From: Octopus bimaculoides
Taxonomy: Eukaryota
Assembly (NCBI RefSeq): GCF_001194135.2
Contig: NC_068984.1
Location: 135,437,338 to 135,501,337 of the forward strand
DNA length: 64,000 bases
Direction of reading: 5' to 3'
In this document: one piece after another, positions 1 through 10,883 of the stretch
Numbering within the stretch: position 1 is the stretch's first letter
How the letters are laid out: each line of letters starts with the position of its first letter
Translations under genes and position numbers: made by a program
Notes under the pieces: model-generated
Databases searched by the model: none
What the model was told of the DNA's origin: nothing
Seen by the model: the letters and a program-made list of their open reading frames with translations, nothing else

Positions 1-369
1 TAATTCAACTACTGCTTCGCTGTATCCAAACTTACAACTGCCTGTGTAATGTCAAACATTGTACTTAATCACTTTTACCTTATTCAAGTGATGTTTTGTT
101 GACATAATCTGTTAACCTAATCTGACCTAATCTGTTTGCTGACTTAATCTGTTAAAATAATAATTAGCATACTGTTATGTCATATGCATATTTTAACAAA
201 TGACTTCCTCTATACAAGTCCATGCATATTCAATACAGCTTTAAAACAAGAAATATATATTACACACCGAAAAAACGTTTCTGTTCATTCCCTTATTTTC
301 ACGAAAAAGGCAGTTTTTTTACAAAGGAATATATATGGATGTAGATATCCCGTTTTTGTATAAATTCGT

Positions 370-640
370 ATATTTGAGTTTCTACCACATCATTCCAGAT
401 GCCACAAACATTGTTCTTCTCTTTCACCGTCTTCTCAATAAATTATATGAATTAATATTCACACTATTCATTCCGAGCTCAAAAGCATGGAACCTAACAG
501 ATTTTCATTGAAAGTTTGTAATTCTACACTCTTGTATACTTTCTAATACTCGCCATAATCTCCTGAAAACTAAACTTACACGGGCTTCGTCAAGTATCTC
601 CTCATCTCATACTTATATATGATATTACATTGACGATCTG
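370..640 (+). mobile_element. Decayed CR1/L2-type LINE 3' coding end
   Basis: Translates in pieces as LFHRLLNKLY and FIPSSKAWNL, resembling the SF.P....WN.LP C-terminal motif of CR1/L2 ORF2. Confidence 0.35.
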
Positions 641-960
641 TTACATTCAAGAAGAAGTAATAACAAACCACTTACATTTAATATTAAAACTCGCGCCCAT
701 TCAGATATATTCTGTTAGATGTTTTTCTGTTTCTAGCTAGCCTTAGTGTTTTAGCTATCCTTAGAAAGCGAAAAGCTCTAGCTCAAACCTAACTACGGAC
801 AGCTGTAATACTGCATAGAGTTGAGGTGAAAAGTAATAATATTTCAATAAAAGACATTCCGTTTCTCCATCTCAATAAATTTATGAATATATTATAAAGC
901 AGATACAAACACATAAAGGGGCATATACGTATATGAATACTCACGCATACGCTCACATCT

Positions 961-964
961 ATGC

Positions 965-1040
<76 letters not shown>
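961..1040. repeat. (TA)n microsatellite
   Basis: Direct reading; produces the spurious YIYIYI ORFs. Confidence 0.98.
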
Positions 1041-1042
<2 letters not shown>

Positions 1043-1421
1043 GCATATTCAAATATTCATATACATATGGATATATGTGTGCGTTCGTGATATTTCAATA
1101 TAGTAAAATACAACATCCAATAATTCTCCTTTTATGTTTTAAACGATTATTTAATAATTGTTTCAAGTATACGCACGAAGCATGAAATTTGATGCATGCC
1201 TTATCCTATTACATCGGCAACATAAACTTGACTATACACTACCTGATCGCTTCCTCCACCAAAAGATGGAAAGATGAAAGATTGAGTTCATTGCATCAGA
1301 GCCCAGTTTCAATACACTCTAGGTAATGACCATGTAGCAAGGCATTTCATCCAAGATTTTAAATATTTTATCATCCAACGTTCTCGCATATTATCTACTA
1401 CTAAGAAAAAAACTTAGTGCT

Positions 1422-1453
<32 letters not shown>

Positions 1454-1535
1454 AATAATAATAATAATTGTCATTGTCTTCACCGTCATCATCATTGTGA
1501 TAATACTGATGATGATTACAGTGATGATGATGATA

Positions 1536-1572
<37 letters not shown>
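1422..1572. repeat. Compound (CAT)n/(AAT)n ... (GAT)n trinucleotide microsatellite
   Basis: Direct reading; the CAT and GAT tracts are reverse complements of each other. Confidence 0.95.
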
Positions 1573-1589
1573 CGACAATGACCATGTTG

Positions 1590-2960
1590 CAGTAACACTA
1601 TTGAGTAAAGATACTGGAATGCAGTTCGCGGTAAATAAATGCGCAGCAGTTGCTTTTATGGAGGCTGGATGATAAATTCTGATGGTATGAAATTACCACA
1701 AGACAGGATAATTTGATCGCTCCGAAATAATGAGTGATGCAAGGAATAATGATTGCTGAATCTCGATAGAATAAATGGAGAAGAAAAGAGAGAGAAAATT
1801 GCTAAAGAGGCGAATCAGAAACGTGCTGGAAGCAAACTTAATGGAATGACTTTCATTAAAGCATTAAACATATGAGCTTTGCCAATAGTCAAATATTCTG
1901 TTCCCTTTCTGAAATGAACAAAAGTCGAGCGACAGAGTTTAAACGGAAGTAGAAATGTGAGCATAATGCGCAACACATACCATTCTAAAAGAAATACCCA
2001 CAGCAAAGAAGGCAGAGGATACCAAACCGAGCAGACACCGAGTCTACCGCGTTGCTGGGATTGAAAAATTTACACTATGTATAATAAATAAAAGAAGACT
2101 AATGGTACCTAGAGATGCGCAAGCATTAGTTGAACTCGAAGAGAAAAGACAGAATAAAAAAAAAAATTTGAAAATCGATACGAATGGAATTACGTGGCCG
2201 AGAATGCTGGAAGTAACGAATGCTAACGGTGGCGTGAGACGGAAAACCGAAAAGGTATTGCTTCTCAGGGGCAAGCTATACGAATGAATATGATAAGGGC
2301 AAACATCGACAACACTAACGACAGCGACGAATACAGAATTTGTAGTGAGAGAGGTGAATCGTTGTGGCACATCGTTAGCGAATACACGAAATTGGCCCAA
2401 CCTGAATACAAAAGTCGTCATGACGATGTAGCAAGAACGATTCATTGAGAGCTCTGTGGAAATCACGGCCTACAGAGAGTAAAGACGTGGTATGAACATA
2501 CACTGTGACCAAAATATCTCGGCAAAAGAATTTTATAAGCTCAGAAAATATAAAGATTTGCTAATCGCACATCGAAAAGATGTGGCATCTCAAGACCGTT
2601 ACATTACCAGTGATTGTAGGAGCACTTGAAATGATCAATAATGAAAAAAGAATGATCCCTGGCTTACCATCTATGCAGGAAATGCAAAAGATTGTCTTAT
2701 CTGTTGCGTCACACGTATTGAGAAGAGCATTGTCGCTGCGAATTTTCTTTCCTTTTACACCTTTATTTTACTTGTTTACATTTTTACTTCTTTTTATTTT
2801 TTCCTTTTTCTCTGTCTTATACTTTTTTTCTATCACATGACTTTTTAAATGAACAATCTGGTGTATGTATTTTAATGGCCGACCAATGTATAAAGTACGT
2901 TTATCTGCCCTAGGTTTCAGGAAATCACTCGGCAAGAAATGGAAACAGAATTGAAAGAAG
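1590..2960 (+). mobile_element. 5'-truncated, decayed R4/Dong-clade non-LTR retrotransposon (RT end, CCHC knuckle, RLE endonuclease, 3' UTR)
   Basis: Broken frames give SKDTGMQFAVNKCA, SKLNG..FIKALN, QGQAIRMNMIRANID..RIC..ESLWHIVSE..LAQPEYKSRHDDVARTIH and MWHLKTVTLPVIVGALEMI..MQKIVL..HVLRRALSL; the element ends directly in (TAA)n. Confidence 0.85.

Positions 2961-2961
<1 letters not shown>

Positions 2962-3045
<84 letters not shown>
2962..3045. repeat. (TAA)n microsatellite at the 3' end of the Dong-like element
   Basis: Direct reading. Confidence 0.98.
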
Positions 3046-3046
<1 letters not shown>

Positions 3047-3157
3047 GTAGATGTCGCACTTAAAATTGAATACATGAAATAAAACTCAATATGAGGGAGA
3101 CAGCACCAACTCGGTAAGGAGCCGGAATTATACAATGGATATATACGAATACAAAAA

Positions 3158-3450
3158 AATAGCTTTCTCCAGATGCAACGCAACAGCAACATATCCATAT
3201 AAATCTAAACAAATGGACAGCAATATTTCTATACGAAAACTGCGAACCTGTTAGAAAGATTTTAAATTTTAAATTTCAATTACATATACATCCATATTTA
3301 TAGAAGACTTCTCTATATATGCACATTCCTGTTTCTTTGCAATCTCTCGCTGATACATAGAAAATAATTATAACTACGAAGGAAACATCAACAAATATCT
3401 ATTGGCGGTGTTCAGTTAAAAATCAAAGTAAACGCTGTAAAAGTAGATCC
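3158..3450 (+). mobile_element. Decayed FLYWCH-like zinc-finger segment (possible Mutator/MULE remnant), copy A
   Basis: With a frameshift reads YIENNYNY / ETSTNIYWRCSVKNQSKRCK (TAT TGG CGG TGT at 3400-3411); aligns by eye with 3862-4135. Confidence 0.4.
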
Positions 3451-3658
3451 ATAGGAAAATACGGCAGCGAATACCAAACAGCACGGACAAATGACAGTGA
3501 CCTGGCGCAGAGCTGGATAAAATCTGAAAACATCACGAAGCTGGAATTAAGAATCCGAAAAAACAATGATGCGATGAAAGTAAATTATATCTTGGTGTGA
3601 GATATCTCGGGAAACTGAAAGATTTTTCTTGTATGCAGCATATATATATATATATATA

Positions 3659-3820
3659 CTTTATTTAAAAGCAGCAGAAATATAACAAAAAAAACCGTTA
3701 CACTGAGTTTCACGTTCCCGTTCATCGGACAGTTTTGTTAGAATAAAGCATATTACTCTACCTCTGGTATTTGAGTACTCTTTTTTCCACCTTGTTGCAC
3801 ATTTCATGCGCTCACTCCAG
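3659..3820 (-). mobile_element. ~160-bp hammerhead-bearing element (Penelope pseudo-LTR or retrozyme-like) between two (TA)n tracts
   Basis: Sharply bounded by TA arrays ending near 3658 and starting near 3821; contains the hammerhead fold. Confidence 0.55.
3683..3740 (-). ncRNA. Minimal type I hammerhead ribozyme motif
   Basis: Minus strand: stem I 5' AAAACUGU, core CCGAUGA, stem II ACG-GGAA-CGU, GAAA, C-UCAGU-G, UA cleavage site, stem I 3' ACGGUUUU (8 bp with one G-U, extended by UAAC/GUUA). Confidence 0.75.
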
Positions 3821-3861
3821 TATATATATATATATATATATATATAAATATACATACAAGT

Positions 3862-4135
3862 AATAGCTTCCCTCAGATGCACCGCCCCACCGGCATGTTC
3901 GAGAATATGTAAACAGATGGACTGCAGAGTTTCTATACGAGAACTGCATGCGTGTGAGAAAAACTTTGAAATTTATTTTCAATTACTTATATAAGACCTC
4001 AGTATAGAAGCAGATGGCTGCATCTTCTTGGTCTCTCATAGATACATCAATAACAATTATGCCTACGCAAGAAACATCAACACATGTCCATGGCCGGTGT
4101 TCAGCTAAAATACGCTGTAAATACGGACTTAGGAC
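3862..4135 (+). mobile_element. Decayed FLYWCH-like segment, copy B
   Basis: Reads QETSTHVHGRCSAKIRCKYGLRT; roughly 70% identical by eye to 3158-3450. Confidence 0.4.
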
Positions 4136-4229
4136 CCATTAAAAAGTTGACCATAGATACTACGAAATTGTGTATTTATGATTTACACAAGCTACTATGC
4201 AATATTCCTCCAAAAATACACAGGAATAA

Positions 4230-4370
4230 GCCCATACCGTAAATACCCAACAAAATGAACAAAGCCCAAAACGTGTGCCATAGAAATCTAACAATACCAT
4301 GGATAGATTATAAGAAAGCCTATGGCATGATCCTGCACTAATGGAGTATCTAGGGTATTAGAATCTGTCA
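4230..4370 (+). mobile_element. R4/Dong-type RT fragment
   Basis: NLTIPWIDYKKAYGMILH matches the WIDYKKAYD.VPH RT motif. Confidence 0.7.
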
Positions 4371-4376
4371 GGGTAT

Positions 4377-4484
4377 CCTCCCCCTTCCTCCTCCTCCGCC
4401 TCTCCTCCACCGCCTCTCTCTCCTCCGCCTCTACTCCTATTCCTCCTCCACCCCTTCCCCTCCACCCCCGCTCCTTCTCCCCGT
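4377..4484. repeat. C-rich polypyrimidine low-complexity tract running into a gap
   Basis: Direct reading; G-rich on the minus strand. Confidence 0.9.
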
Positions 4485-5219
4485 NNNNNNNNNNNNNNNN
4501 NNNNNNNNNNNNNNNNNNNNNNNNNNNNNNNNNNNNNNNNNNNNNNNNNNNNNNNNNNNNNNNNNNNNNNNNNNNNNNNNNNNNNNNNNNNNNNNNNNNN
4601 NNNNNNNNNNNNNNNNNNNNNNNNNNNNNNNNNNNNNNNNNNNNNNNNNNNNNNNNNNNNNNNNNNNNNNNNNNNNNNNNNNNNNNNNNNNNNNNNNNNN
4701 NNNNNNNNNNNNNNNNNNNNNNNNNNNNNNNNNNNNNNNNNNNNNNNNNNNNNNNNNNNNNNNNNNNNNNNNNNNNNNNNNNNNNNNNNNNNNNNNNNNN
4801 NNNNNNNNNNNNNNNNNNNNNNNNNNNNNNNNNNNNNNNNNNNNNNNNNNNNNNNNNNNNNNNNNNNNNNNNNNNNNNNNNNNNNNNNNNNNNNNNNNNN
4901 NNNNNNNNNNNNNNNNNNNNNNNNNNNNNNNNNNNNNNNNNNNNNNNNNNNNNNNNNNNNNNNNNNNNNNNNNNNNNNNNNNNNNNNNNNNNNNNNNNNN
5001 NNNNNNNNNNNNNNNNNNNNNNNNNNNNNNNNNNNNNNNNNNNNNNNNNNNNNNNNNNNNNNNNNNNNNNNNNNNNNNNNNNNNNNNNNNNNNNNNNNNN
5101 NNNNNNNNNNNNNNNNNNNNNNNNNNNNNNNNNNNNNNNNNNNNNNNNNNNNNNNNNNNNNNNNNNNNNNNNNNNNNNNNNNNNNNNNNNNNNNNNNNNN
5201 NNNNNNNNNNNNNNNNNNN
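4485..5219. other. Assembly gap (N run). Other gaps: 7479-7692, 14407-14564, 16533-16806, 19445-19777, 28579-28588, 33619-33995, 40514-40788, 56739-56835
   Basis: Direct reading. Confidence 0.99.
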
Positions 5220-5619
5220 ATATATATATATATATATATATACATATATGTCAGTATATTTTATACACACATACAAATATATACTGAAATTCATGCACAA
5301 GCATTTATGCAAAGTTAAATTATATCGTATAGCTACAAGGAATAAACTATTTGCAAAATACACATTATACACGTAACACATCAAATATTAATTTTTAGTC
5401 TTCAACATTCTTCAGATAGCTATCCTAAAGCGATCTATACAAAATCGACTCCCAAAAGTTTCAGCGAATTTTATAAGTGACATGCACAGAAAACTCAGCT
5501 CTTCAGTAAGTTTATTGAAAATACTGATTAAAAATAAGACACACGCACAGTTTACATGTATGTCTCTTCTATTTTTTAAATATTATAAATCTTACACTGA
5601 GGAAGCTCCATCTCTGGGA

Positions 5620-6130
5620 TGTAGTGAAGACAAGCAAATTTACATTTTGGAACTCGAGAAAAGTCTTGCTTATTTTCACTGCTCCACTCAACAGATTGTA
5701 CTTGTAATGTACGAATCAGCCGGTCGATTTCTCTTTCTGAAAATTCCTAGGTCATCCACATTCTTCTTTAAGCATTTACTAATTTAACCTATTGATCCAA
5801 TTATTATTGGTATGAATATGAATTCAAAGTCTGGATGTATAGCTATAGAAGCTGGAGGTTTCGAAGCAGTTGTCCATCGATATCCTCTTTTTCTTTGATT
5901 TTCAAAGAGATATTTGTAATTGCAGGGCAGCTGACCTGTATGATAGTACATACCTTTGCCCCTCTGTCCCATACAACAATATCCGACCTGTCATATTTAC
6001 ATTTGACCGAACTATTGATGAGAATATTCCACCAGTATACCTTGAGTTGGTGTTTATAAATGTATTCCATAACAGAGGGATTTTCTAAGTTTATTTCAAG
6101 ACAGTCTTTTATGCTTCAAAACACTGGTTT
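5620..6130 (-). mobile_element. RLE endonuclease end of an R4/Dong/NeSL-type retrotransposon
   Basis: LKVYWWNILINSSVKCKYDRSDIVVWDRGAKVCTIIQVSCPAITNISLKIKEK and FIFIPIIIGSIG match the RPDIV..D...IIE.S.P.D.NI..K..EK..Y and PIIIG.LG motifs. Confidence 0.8.
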
Positions 6131-6236
6131 TTATCACGTACACAGATTAGAGAAGAAACCGATTTCTCAAGCAGCAAGTCACCAAATATGCTGGGAGACA
6201 AGAACAATAAATATACATTTATGTACTTTTAGGGTA

Positions 6237-6454
6237 TAGGTGGGGTGCTAAAACGTTCAGAGATTTGTATAAAAGAAAGTACAGAAGGACCAGTTAATTA
6301 TGATTTTATTCAACATATTTCCCTCTCAGAATCACAAACTTATTGCAGTGGTCTTTCAATTTTTCTAAACCCTGTAAAAGAACTATGAAGTTTAGGCTTT
6401 AAACCAGATTTTTGAAGATACCCTTAAAGTCAGGAACCTTTCAGCACCCCCTCG
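6237..6454 (-). mobile_element. Mariner-derived non-autonomous element (MITE)
   Basis: Left end ggtggggtgctaaaacgttc; right end gaacctttcagcaccccctcg followed by TA; interior carries a transposase C-terminal remnant and matches 59213-59440. Confidence 0.65.
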
Positions 6455-7805
6455 TATATTTAGGGATGAAATACTCGTTTAAAAATCTGTGGTGATACAA
6501 TGTATGATACACAAATATACAATGAACCAGATTTTGAAAATTTAAGACGAGGAACGGATTTCTGTTTCCAGATGCTAATGTCTGACATATCGTATATCGC
6601 ATGTTCGCAATTTTCTCGAAGATATATATTAGTGAAGCCTGCAGGAACTCATTAAAATTGTTGCAGGATTCTGCGAAATATTTTTCTTTGCATTTCACTG
6701 ACGCCAAAATGTATGTTGAATTTCATTGTATATATTGAAAGAGAACGGAAAACACATGTCACGAATATGAGACAACTGATATTTTCTAACTGTATTTTAT
6801 GCATTTTATGAAATTTTGATTTATATCTGTAGCGTATATGTAATATATAAAAACACAATGTAAAGATATTTGCCGCACAGTACCGTGGGCTTTAGGAAAT
6901 GCTAGCCAAATATTACAATGTTCATGCTTTCCTAACAGAGCGAATAAAACCGAAGACCAAATGTGGATCCAATTAAACAGTGCTTATGTGTTTATTTAAC
7001 TAAGAAGTGTTTGGAGCTACTTATACAGATGTCTGTGTATTGCCCAACCAACCAGGAATTTGTTTTCTATGTTGTTGTTGGTACGACGAATGTATTATGA
7101 CAAAACCGTAGGCGTGTGGTAAGAAGTGTGCTTCTTATCTACACTGCTCTGTCAATAATGCAGGTGATACTAACTTACAGCGTCAAAAACATCTACAATC
7201 ATATATCTATCTATCTATCTATCTATCTATATATATATATATAAAATATATTTGATACCTCTAAGTTAGGTGGTTAAACCGTAATCCCTTCACACGGGAC
7301 TTTTTTTCATACGGGATTATTTGTGACGCACATGGAATAGATTTCTTTGAGATGGGATGCCTGAACTCACTAGCCGATCAATTCGTAAGTGCCTTTCTTA
7401 TCGTTGATTTTTGGTGTCGCATGGCCAAAAATTACCGTGAATTTTTTTTAGAGACACTTTCAAATTTATCAGAATATCNNNNNNNNNNNNNNNNNNNNNN
7501 NNNNNNNNNNNNNNNNNNNNNNNNNNNNNNNNNNNNNNNNNNNNNNNNNNNNNNNNNNNNNNNNNNNNNNNNNNNNNNNNNNNNNNNNNNNNNNNNNNNN
7601 NNNNNNNNNNNNNNNNNNNNNNNNNNNNNNNNNNNNNNNNNNNNNNNNNNNNNNNNNNNNNNNNNNNNNNNNNNNNNNNNNNNNNNNNNNNNGAGATACA
7701 AAGGCCACCTAATTATATATAGTTGTTTTTCTCTTTGGTCAAATAACAGGCGGTGTATAAAATATTGTCCCCAAGTAGGAGGGATATCGTTTACTCGGTT
7801 ACTGC

Positions 7806-7938
7806 CTTTGTTGTACAAATCTGGATATTGTGTACATTTATTCTCTGTATGTATTTACACACTGTATGTATTTACACACTTTGTTGTACAAATCTGGATA
7901 TTGTGTACATTTATTCTCTGTATGTATTTACACACTGC
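7806..7938. repeat. 73-bp-period tandem duplication
   Basis: ctttgttgtacaaatctggatattgtgtacatttattctctgtatgtatttacacactg starts at 7806 and again at 7879. Confidence 0.9.
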
Positions 7939-9052
7939 AGTGAGGGCTAATCAACAGGTACCGCTTCATAAATATTACTTTACTGTATATTTTGCATGGC
8001 ACAAAACACGATAATAATACAATATCTGATCTACTTTCTAGTAAAATAAGCTGTGTGCAAATTGAATTTTCCAGTTTAGTGAAGTCCTTAATTAAAGTTT
8101 CTTTCTATATATACAATATCTTTCTGCATATACAATTGCCTCTTTTTGATTTCTAAAGTATTTTCTGGAATCGTGTCGACTTCCTCTTCTTGCTATAAAA
8201 AATATTGTAAATGCATTTACCTATATCTGTGTAGCGGACTGGATTGCCGATAACAGCAGTCGTTAAAGAGATATACATTATATATAAATACTCATTTTAC
8301 CAGGACTAACATTATAGTCAACTAGAAAATTCGGTATCATCCTTCAATCGCTTTCAATCCAATTATTTTTTCGAATTTCGCCGTACACAATTTGATTCAC
8401 ACTCATCATAAAATACTGTAATACTAATTATCCGGTATAACATCTTTGCAAACCTTTCTGTTCTTTATATAAATGTTACAGTTAGTTGCTGCTTATTAAC
8501 AGAAATTTATTTCGCTCATGTTATAAGTGGGCTTTTATTGCGTTGCAGAGATATAGTAGGCGTAAAAATCCACCAGGTGTAGAGATTCACGTGTATACAC
8601 GTATATTGTAATATTAGCAGTGAGAATTATTCACAAAAAGCCGAAAATAAAGTCAGTAATATCAATTATAAAATGAATTTACTCCTTTATACGTATTACC
8701 TGAGAAAGATCATATACCTTAAGAGTAAAAATAGTATTGTGAGGAAAAGCTTATCGAAAATATCAATTTCAGCAGAGGAAAATAAAACCAAATGTAAGAT
8801 TAAAAACAATATTCTATCTTAAAATACAAAACTCGACGTAAAGTAGGACATATTATGCAGATGGCAAGCAGGAAGAAAAAATAAACAAGTGATTAATTTG
8901 TTGACGCTCAGAGCAGCATAAGTAGGTTAATTTATACGAATATGTAAAATCTAGATTTAGGTTAATCAATCTCTTTTTTTCAAAAATGCTAGCGTCAAAC
9001 CAAAAAAAAAACAACAACACGCGCGCACACACACACACACACATATGTATAT

Positions 9053-9120
9053 GGAGGCGCAATGGCCCAGTGGTTAGGGCAGCGGACTCGCGGTCATAGG
9101 ATCGCGGTTTCGATTCCCAG
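9053..9120 (+). mobile_element. tRNA-derived SINE head (OR-like), truncated just after the B box
   Basis: A box TGGCCCAGTGG and B box GGTTTCGATTCCC; near-identical to 11054-11121. Confidence 0.85.
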
Positions 9121-9308
9121 TGGCCTAGCATAAAGAAAATTCTGAAAATTCAGAAAAATTTCCCTAGAGACCATTCTTTTCTTTTGTGATTTGACCGTAG
9201 ATGGTCTATCTCTAGCATAAAGGATGTCCACTTAGTGGTCATCCCTTCTCAAATGTATGTAATACAATTTTTCTGAATTTTCTGAATTTTCTTTATGCTA
9301 GGCACTGG
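9117..9308. mobile_element. ~190-bp MITE-like element with ~42-bp terminal inverted repeats
   Basis: ccagtggcctagcataaagaaaattctgaaaattcagaaaaat versus atttttctgaattttctgaattttctttatgctaggcactgg (1 mismatch, 1 indel); no TSD visible. Confidence 0.8.
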
Positions 9309-9368
9309 TATTAAATTTAGTGTTAATTAAAAATAATATCTAATTTATCACACTCATTGTTTAAATTT

Positions 9369-9406
<38 letters not shown>

Positions 9407-9564
9407 CGTGAAGTATATTTGCCACTTAAATGCAGCTAACCCTTAAGGGTGGATGCTACTGTAGCTTGTAGCCCCAGGAAGACATTTGCTCCAGCTGGCT
9501 ATTGACACACTTTCTGTGCTGCTGTACTTACGTTTCTATCTAGCAGTTCAGCAAAGGTGAGGGG

Positions 9565-9700
9565 AGGATAGAGTAAGTCTAAGGCTTTTGGATAATAAAT
9601 ACAGAAGTCGATACATTCGACTAAAAATTCTTCGAGCCGGTGCCCCAGCTTGGCTGCAGTATAATGGCTAAAACAAGTAAAAAATAAAGATAAAATTACA
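9565..9700 (+). mobile_element. 3' tail fragment of the OK-like SINE family
   Basis: gtcgatacattcgact...ccagcttggctgcagt...aaaacaagtaaaa matches the reverse complement of 9712-9770. Confidence 0.65.
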
Positions 9701-9711
9701 TATATAAATAT

Positions 9712-10068
9712 GTACTCTTTTACTTGTTTCAGTCATGTGATTGCTGCCATGCTGGAGCAAATCGACCCCAAGATTTCTTCTTTGTAAGCCTAGTACTTAT
9801 TCTATCTCTGTTTTGCCGAACCGCTAAGTTACGGGGACGTAAACACACCAGCATCGATTGTCAAGCGATGTTGTGGGGACAAACACACACACACACACAC
9901 GCATATATATATACGACGGTCTTCTTTTAGTCTTCGTCTACCAAATCCACTTAGAAAGCTTTGGTCGGCCCGAGACTATAGTAGAAGACACTTGCCTAAA
10001 GTGCCACGCATTGGAACTGAACCCGGAACCATGTGGTTGGCAGGCAAGCTACTTACCATACAGCCACT
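9712..10068 (-). mobile_element. Near full-length tRNA-derived SINE with internal (CA)/(TA) tract (OK-like octopus family)
   Basis: Minus strand head tggctgtatggtaag...ggttccgggttcagttcc, CORE-like ctttaggcaagtgtc, tail gactgaaacaagtaaaagag; homologous copies at 59971, 63105 and 13930. Confidence 0.85.
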
Positions 10069-10883
10069 CTTGTTTAATATTTCAGGCGGGATAAATCAGT
10101 TTAGTCTGTATTGTTGTTCCTACACATAAAATTATATGGGATAATGTAATAGAAGCCAAAGTAATGGCGTTTAGTACGTACCAATACAAATAACATCACC
10201 TGTATAATTTTACCTCTGAATTATATACAAGCAGTAAAATCAGGGTCATACCTGAATATATTCATCAAATGTACGTTAACAATGTTACGTGAATTACATG
10301 TAAGGTAGCCGTACGATTCATCAGACGTGTATTGAAATCACCACGTCAGCAGGTGGTTCATTTGTGTATTAAGATTTTTCATGTTATTATCTAATTTAAT
10401 TCAACTTCCTTCATTTCACCAAGCTAACGGAAATAGACAACTGGCCTTCTGATAATTATACATGTAATTCACATGCAAATTTAATTCTAACAAACCAGGA
10501 AATTTGAATCGAGAAAGAAAAATAGAATTTAAAGTTTTGATGGAGTTATTTGTAGGAAGAGGAAATAGTTTTCTTTGATAGCATTTTCACAATTGAAGTA
10601 TAAAATATATTGAATAAACAAATTAATTTTTGAAGCCATTATTATTCTCGCTATTTTCAAAAGAACCGTTGAATAACATAATGTTTAGAATGGCAGATAA
10701 ACTATTTTTTCAGCTTTTAGTTTCATGTGATTGCGTTATTGGTTCAAATCACCCTGGAGTATCATTTCCATGACGATAAACCAAACATTTCATATGACTG
10801 CTATTTATCAAAATCGATTACCTTTCCAAATATGGATCGTGCAATTTACAGAAATCTTTGCTGTCATTATTAATATGTATAAC

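Noticed and set aside
9053-9120. tRNA-like sequences here and at 11054, 44761 and 59727
   Set aside because: A and B boxes are present but no full cloverleaf or acceptor stem; each continues into a SINE body or recurs as a dispersed repeat
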